A DNA stretch of 12,085 bases from Marine Group I thaumarchaeote (GTDB lineage: Archaea; Thermoproteota; Nitrososphaeria; Nitrososphaerales; Nitrosopumilaceae). Shown piece by piece: positions 7,514 to 12,085 of the stretch. The stretch spans positions 794,526-806,610 of the forward strand of contig CP054849.1 of the NCBI GenBank assembly GCA_044358425.1, read 5' to 3'. Position 1 is the stretch's first letter. Each line of letters opens with the position of its first letter. The notes beneath the pieces were generated by a model. The model saw only the letters and a program-made list of their open reading frames with translations. It searched no databases and was not told the origin of the DNA. Both the position numbers and the translations under genes were made by a program.

Positions 7514-8520
7514 GAATCATACTATGTGGTTTTGGAGTAGTTGCTCAGAGTTTAATAAAATTATTTGAATCAAGAGAAGAAGAACTGTATTCCAAATACG
7601 GATTGAAACCACGAGTATTAGCAGTATTTGATAGTAAAGGTAGTGCCATTGATCAATCAGGACTAGATTTAGAAAAACTGATACAAGTAAAAGAAAAATT
7701 TGGAACAGTAAAAAATTATTCAGAAAAAAATAATGGTATGAAAGGTAATGAAATTTTAAAAAATGTTGAAGCAGATGTGTTAATTGAAACAACAGCTAGT
7801 AATTATAAAGATGCAGAACCAGGTATGACACACATTACAACTGCAATGAAAAAAGGAATGCATGTCATTTCAGTAAATAAAGGTCCATTAGCATTAGCAT
7901 TTCCATCACTAATGGAATTAGCAACATACAATCAAGTAATGTTCAAATTTAGTGGAACCGTAGGTGGAGGCACTCCAATATTGGATTATGCCAAAAATAG
8001 TTTAAGAGGAGAAAAAATCACATCGTTTGCTGGAATTCTTAATGGTACAACAAACTACATTTTATCAAATATGGCTACAGGTTTATCATTTGATGATGCA
8101 TTAAAAGATGCACAAGACAAAGGATATGTGGAAGCAGATGAATCCTTAGACCTAGATGGATTAGATGCCGCAGCAAAATTAGTTATTCTTGCAAATTGGA
8201 TAATGGGTATGAAAGTAACTATGCCAGACATCAAATGTGTTGGAATTCGAAAAGTAACAATTGAAGATATCAGAAAGGCAGAAAAAAATAATTCAGTATT
8301 AAAATTAATTGCTTCTTGTGATAAGGAATTAATGGTTAGTCCTAAAGAAGTACCAAAAGATGATCCTTTAGGAGTAAATGGGACATTAAATGCAATTGCA
8401 TTCACATCAGAACATTCTGGAACTCAAACAATTATTGGTAAAGGAGCAGGAGGAACAGAAACGGCAAGCTCCATTTTAAGAGATCTTCTAGACATCAGAC
8501 AAGAGATTGCAAAAAATTGA
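7510..8520 (+). CDS. hom: Homoserine dehydrogenase (no ACT domain)
   Basis: Rossmann GFGVVA, HVISVNKGPL, GTVGGGTPI, GILNGTTNYIL, GYVEAD...DLDGLDAAAK and GKGAGGTETAS. SD-like AGGAG upstream. Confidence 0.97.
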   Translation: MRIILCGFGVVAQSLIKLFESREEELYSKYGLKPRVLAVFDSKGSAIDQSGLDLEKLIQVKEKFGTVKNYSEKNNGMKGNEILKNVEADVLIETTASNYKDAEPGMTHITTAMKKGMHVISVNKGPLALAFPSLMELATYNQVMFKFSGTVGGGTPILDYAKNSLRGEKITSFAGILNGTTNYILSNMATGLSFDDALKDAQDKGYVEADESLDLDGLDAAAKLVILANWIMGMKVTMPDIKCVGIRKVTIEDIRKAEKNNSVLKLIASCDKELMVSPKEVPKDDPLGVNGTLNAIAFTSEHSGTQTIIGKGAGGTETASSILRDLLDIRQEIAKN

Positions 8521-8993
8521 AATCAAATTTAATTTCAAAAAGTGAGACATCAACATTACTTAAAAAAATCTCACAAGAATGGAATATGGAATTTCCTAAA
8601 ATGAAAAATGTAAGAGTGCATCAAATTTTAGATGATGTACAAATAATTACAGGTGAAGGATTAAAAATTTTAAAAATAGAGAATGACTATTTACCATTTT
8701 TATCGGAAACTACAATTTTAGAAAAATTTCCCAACGTAGAAGTGGACATGGGTGCAGTGAAATTCATGTGCAAAGGAGCAAATCTTATGAGGCCTGGAAT
8801 TAAGAAATTTACAGAATTTGAAAAAGATAAGCTAGTTTGCATTGTAGAAGAAACACATCACAAATTCCTAGCAGTAGGAAAATCGGTTGTTTCTAGTTCA
8901 GAATTGGAAAGTATGGAAAAAGGCGAAGTAATACAAAATCTACATTATATTTCAGATAAATTTTGGGAAACTGGAAAAACTATTTACGATTAA
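8517..8993 (+). CDS. PUA-domain RNA-binding protein (DUF1947 + PUA; MCT-1/Tma20-like)
   Basis: YLPFL...FPNVEVDMGAVKFMCKGANLMRPGI...LAVG...KG-x-V-x-x-x-HYISDKFW is the archaeal MCT-1-like pattern. The TTG start overlaps the hom TGA by 4 nt. Confidence 0.9.
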   Translation: MKSNLISKSETSTLLKKISQEWNMEFPKMKNVRVHQILDDVQIITGEGLKILKIENDYLPFLSETTILEKFPNVEVDMGAVKFMCKGANLMRPGIKKFTEFEKDKLVCIVEETHHKFLAVGKSVVSSSELESMEKGEVIQNLHYISDKFWETGKTIYD

Positions 8994-9000
8994 TTTAAAA

Positions 9001-9597
9001 TTACTTTATACTTTCAGTAAATTCTTCAGTTCCATCTTTAGTAATAATTAGAACATCTAATCCATCACCACTAGCAGAATCTCTTAGGGATGCTGCACGA
9101 ACTGCATGTTTTGCCAGGGTTACTGCCTCATCTTTAGTCATATTTTCTTTGAATTGAGGATCCAATACACCCAGTGCCATTTCAGCACCAGTACCAACTG
9201 CAGCATATTCATCAGGAAGTACAGAACCTAAAGGATCAAGAGTATACATCACTGGTTTATCAACTACACCACCAACAATTACCTGAGTCAATAATGGAAA
9301 GTATCTTCTCTCATACATCATATTTGACATCATTTTAGCAACAGTGTTTGGAGGAACATCTCTCTTGATATCCATTTTTCTAATTTTAGCAAGAGCAGAA
9401 ATTTGTAAAGTTAAAATTTGCATATCGGCAACAAGACCAGCACACGTGGCACCAACTTTATCAGTAATAGAGAAAGTTTTCTTTGTTGTTTTACTAACAA
9501 GAAAATTACCAAATGCGATCCTTTTCTCACTAGCAAAAACTACGCCACCGTCAAAAGTAACTCCAACTGCAGTTGCTCCTGGCATATACATTGACAT
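9001..9597 (-). CDS. psmB: 20S proteasome beta subunit, probably non-catalytic (Thr1 replaced by Ala)
   Basis: Ntn-hydrolase beta pattern G-ATAVG, GVVFASEKR, GLVAD, DPLGS, GTG and RDSASGDG. Confidence 0.95.
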   Translation of the reverse strand: MSMYMPGATAVGVTFDGGVVFASEKRIAFGNFLVSKTTKKTFSITDKVGATCAGLVADMQILTLQISALAKIRKMDIKRDVPPNTVAKMMSNMMYERRYFPLLTQVIVGGVVDKPVMYTLDPLGSVLPDEYAAVGTGAEMALGVLDPQFKENMTKDEAVTLAKHAVRAASLRDSASGDGLDVLIITKDGTEEFTESIK

Positions 9598-9618
9598 ATT
9601 TAAAATAATTTTGTCACA

Positions 9619-9645
9619 TAATAAAGGGCTTTCTACAATGTAGAA
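9619..9645 (-). promoter_or_regulatory. psmB promoter: TATA-like box, BRE-like element and adjacent 15-bp palindrome
   Basis: On the minus strand, AGAAAG-CCC-TTTATTA places the TATA-like box 22-28 nt before the ATG. The perfect inverted repeat TTCTACA-A-TGTAGAA is at 9631-9645. Confidence 0.55.
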
Positions 9646-9768
9646 GAAATTTGAGGCTAAAATTTAAAAACAATAGATCATGCGCATAAAGAATTTACAA
9701 AAATAACTGGTTCATTAACCAAACAAATCAGAGGATTTTAATGAGAATAGAAAATAAGAGTTTTGTAA

Positions 9769-10188
9769 ATGACTACTGCAGAAATCAAAGAAAAAATCTT
9801 GAATGATACAGTATTTTTTGGACTAAGATTAGCAATGGGAGTAATCTTCATTGTTCATGGATATAGTAAATTTGGCAATGAGGGATTTGTTTCATGGATC
9901 TCATCGATGGGGATTCCTGGAGAATTAGCCATAATTATTGCCTTGGCAGAAGTGATACCAGGAATTTTGTTAATTATCGGAGTTTTGAATAGAATTTCAG
10001 CATCAATTATTTCAATAATTATGGTAGGTGCAATATTTCATGTAAAAGGAGCCCAAAGTATTACTGGCGACAAAGGCATAGAATTTGATTTGATTTTACT
10101 TGCAGTTGCATTAGTGATAATTGTTGCAGGGCCAGGAAGGATTTCATTATCGCAAATAATTAAAAAAATTCCTCGATGTCTGCATTAA
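9769..10188 (+). CDS. DoxX family membrane protein
   Basis: LRLAMGVIFIVHGYSKF, E-x-x-x-G-x-L-x-x-x-G...R, GAIFHV, GIEF and GPGRISL, with four hydrophobic segments. TTTTAAT at 9736-9742. Confidence 0.92.
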   Translation: MTTAEIKEKILNDTVFFGLRLAMGVIFIVHGYSKFGNEGFVSWISSMGIPGELAIIIALAEVIPGILLIIGVLNRISASIISIIMVGAIFHVKGAQSITGDKGIEFDLILLAVALVIIVAGPGRISLSQIIKKIPRCLH

Positions 10189-11537
10189 TATTTTCCAAAA
10201 TTTTCCATAATCAAACACATACACTTTGTAGTTTTTTTTAACAAATCAATACGTGCAAATTCATTTGGAGAATGAATTCTAGAAAACATGTAGGTGCTCC
10301 CAATGGAAATACAAGGAGATTTCAAAATATCAACAAAAGGGTACATCGGGCCCGTCCCAGCATTTGAAACATTCAAAATAGATTTTCCAAAGGCCTTATC
10401 TGCTGCAGTTTTTACTTGAGACACAAAAGGATGAGTAGAATCAGTTCTAGCAGCAGCTTCTCCATGAAAAATTTTAATTTTTACATCAGAAAATCCATGT
10501 GATTTTAGATGTTTTTTTAATCGAATGACTTGTTTTTTAGGATCCATTTTAGGAATTAATCTAAAGTCAATTTTTACTAAAGCGCTACCAGGAAGAACAG
10601 TTTTAGCACCATCACCAGTATAACCAGAAACAAATCCTGCAATATTACAAGTAGCATCACCAACTAAAGCCTTTTTTGCATCAAGATTTTTTTTATTGCC
10701 CACAAAACTATCGATTCCAAATTCTTTTTTGAAAACATTTTGATCAAATGGTTCTTTCTCAATTAATTTCAAATCCTCTTTTGAAAATGGAGTAACTTCA
10801 TTATACCAATCTTTAATCAGAATTTTTCCATCAGAATCACGTAATGTTTTGACAGCGTCAATTAATCGCCATGCAGGATTTTTGATTAATACAGCTAAAC
10901 TAGAATGAGCATCTCGTATAGACTCCTGAACAGACAGTTCAACAAATAACAATCCCTTCATACCCAACCCAATGATAGGCCTATTTTTTGCATCAACGTA
11001 ACCAAATTCCCAAATCACACCATCATTAGAGAATTTTTTTCTGTATTTTTTCAAATATTCTTCAATATGTGCACTACCAGTTTCTTCTTCACCTTCAATT
11101 ACAAATTTAATATTACATGGTACATCGTCAGTTGTTTTCAAGAATGACTCAACTGCTTTAATTCTAGTAATCAATTCACCTTTATCATCTGTTGAACCTC
11201 GTCCAAAAATTTTATTTCCTTTTCGCACCCCACTGAACGGAGGATCATCCCATAAATCAAATGGCTCTGCAGGTTGAACATCATAATGATTGTAAAACAT
11301 CAAAGTTTTATCAGGATTAGATTTTGATTTAATTTCAGCAAATACTATAGGAGCGACACCTCTTTTCAATCTTAAAATTTCTGATTTAAGACCAGATGAT
11401 TTCAATAATTTTTGAACCAATTTTGCACATTGTTCAATTCCCTCATTTTTGGCAGATACACTAGGTTGTTGGATTAATTTTTGAAGATCAGAAATTAAAT
11501 CATCCATGTGAGTATCTACATGTTTTAAAGCATTCAT
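10185..11537 (-). CDS. M20/M25/M40 family metallohydrolase (dipeptidase / ArgE-DapE-like)
   Basis: Metal-ligand motifs YNHYDVQP, GRGSTDDKG, EGEEETGS and IHSPNE. The stop codon shares TTAA with the convergent doxX. Confidence 0.93.
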   Translation of the reverse strand: MNALKHVDTHMDDLISDLQKLIQQPSVSAKNEGIEQCAKLVQKLLKSSGLKSEILRLKRGVAPIVFAEIKSKSNPDKTLMFYNHYDVQPAEPFDLWDDPPFSGVRKGNKIFGRGSTDDKGELITRIKAVESFLKTTDDVPCNIKFVIEGEEETGSAHIEEYLKKYRKKFSNDGVIWEFGYVDAKNRPIIGLGMKGLLFVELSVQESIRDAHSSLAVLIKNPAWRLIDAVKTLRDSDGKILIKDWYNEVTPFSKEDLKLIEKEPFDQNVFKKEFGIDSFVGNKKNLDAKKALVGDATCNIAGFVSGYTGDGAKTVLPGSALVKIDFRLIPKMDPKKQVIRLKKHLKSHGFSDVKIKIFHGEAAARTDSTHPFVSQVKTAADKAFGKSILNVSNAGTGPMYPFVDILKSPCISIGSTYMFSRIHSPNEFARIDLLKKTTKCMCLIMENFGKY

Positions 11538-11542
11538 AGTGA

Positions 11543-12085
11543 TCAGATTATTTTATCAAATGGTTTCATAACATAAGGAATTTCATCAATTAAATCCATA
11601 GCAGTCATGTGAAGACCCAATTTTTCTTGTATGTTTTTACCAGCTACACTACAAATGAAACTTGCAGATGCTGCAGATTCCAAACAATTTCGATTTGTAG
11701 ATAGCAATCCCGCAACTAATCCAGATAGCACATCACCGGTTCCTCCAACAGTCATTGCGGGAGTATTTTTTTTACAAAGATAAGACACATTTCCATCAGA
11801 AATTATATCAGTAGGACCTTTTAGTAAAATTGTAATTCCATATTTCAAAGCATTTTGTTCAACCAACTGAATTCTTTCAGGATGTGAATCAGAAGGAATT
11901 TCACCAAACAATCTCTTAAATTCTCCAGCATGTGGGGTGATTACAACATTTTTGTTAGCTAAAAGAGGCAATACTTCAGGAATTAATGCACTAGCATCCA
12001 AAGACAATCTAACATCTCTATCTAACAGAGATTTTACAAGATGTAACAATGAATTTTTTTCTTGAATTGCCAGACCCATACCAAT
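11543..12085 (-). CDS. nnrD: ADP/ATP-dependent NAD(P)H-hydrate dehydratase (YjeF C-terminal family), 5'-truncated by the window edge
   Basis: IGMGL, LDASAL, VVITPHAGEF, LLKG and MTVGGTGDVLSG. The frame is open to the window end. Only 5 nt separate it from the M20 gene, suggesting an operon. Confidence 0.92.
   Translation of the reverse strand: MGMGLAIQEKNSLLHLVKSLLDRDVRLSLDASALIPEVLPLLANKNVVITPHAGEFKRLFGEIPSDSHPERIQLVEQNALKYGITILLKGPTDIISDGNVSYLCKKNTPAMTVGGTGDVLSGLVAGLLSTNRNCLESAASASFICSVAGKNIQEKLGLHMTAMDLIDEIPYVMKPFDKII

Noticed and set aside
8991-9003. Inverted repeat TAATTT-A-AAATTA between the convergent PUA and psmB stops
   Set aside because: It is A/T-only and largely produced by the two facing TAA codons, so it is not a credible hairpin.
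661-9643. Antisense or alternative-frame ORFs (661-873, 1502-1753, 2594-2788, 3293-3562, 4048-4278, 4349-4540, 4684-4869, 5014-5235, 5395-5670, 5702-5905, 5924-6145, 6809-7048, 7517-7792, 8055-8405, 9344-9643)
   Set aside because: All overlap better-supported genes on the opposite strand and have the F/L/I/S-rich or W/C-rich composition of shadow frames, with no motifs.
6972-12085. A dedicated damage-repair cluster (msrB, psmB, doxX, M20, nnrD)
   Set aside because: The genes have mixed orientations and separate promoters, and hom is interleaved. The shared theme is probably coincidental in a compact genome.
1-12085. CRISPR array, IS element, selenocysteine or frameshift recoding, pseudogenes
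   Set aside because: I saw no regularly spaced repeats, transposase or terminal inverted repeats. The recognised genes appear full length without internal stops, and the MsrB catalytic residue is TGT Cys.

Overview
AT-rich archaeal chromosomal segment. Gene content and protein sequences look like a Nitrosopumilus-type marine ammonia-oxidising thaumarchaeon (inferred, not database-checked). It is mostly core genome: partial tRNA-Ser(CGA), a small hypothetical, fen (FEN-1), a stand-alone PAS protein, acs, a solitary cdvA (ESCRT-type division), a 97-aa orphan, a two-domain thyX, msrB, hom overlapping a PUA/MCT-1-like gene, a Thr1-less proteasome beta subunit, a DoxX membrane protein, an M20 hydrolase and a partial nnrD. 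I see no mobile element, CRISPR array or defence island. Most genes have a TATA-like box about 20-30 nt upstream of the start codon, consistent with leaderless transcription. The most interesting signals are small-scale. (1) The CdvA C-terminal tail carries MIM2-like and MIM1-like motifs that normally belong to ESCRT-III proteins, suggesting direct CdvA-Vps4/CdvC binding. (2) An Asn-rich 13-codon uORF overlaps the hom start. (3) A 15-bp perfect palindrome abuts the proteasome-beta promoter. (4) A 14/15 identical motif is shared by the PAS-gene and doxX promoters.
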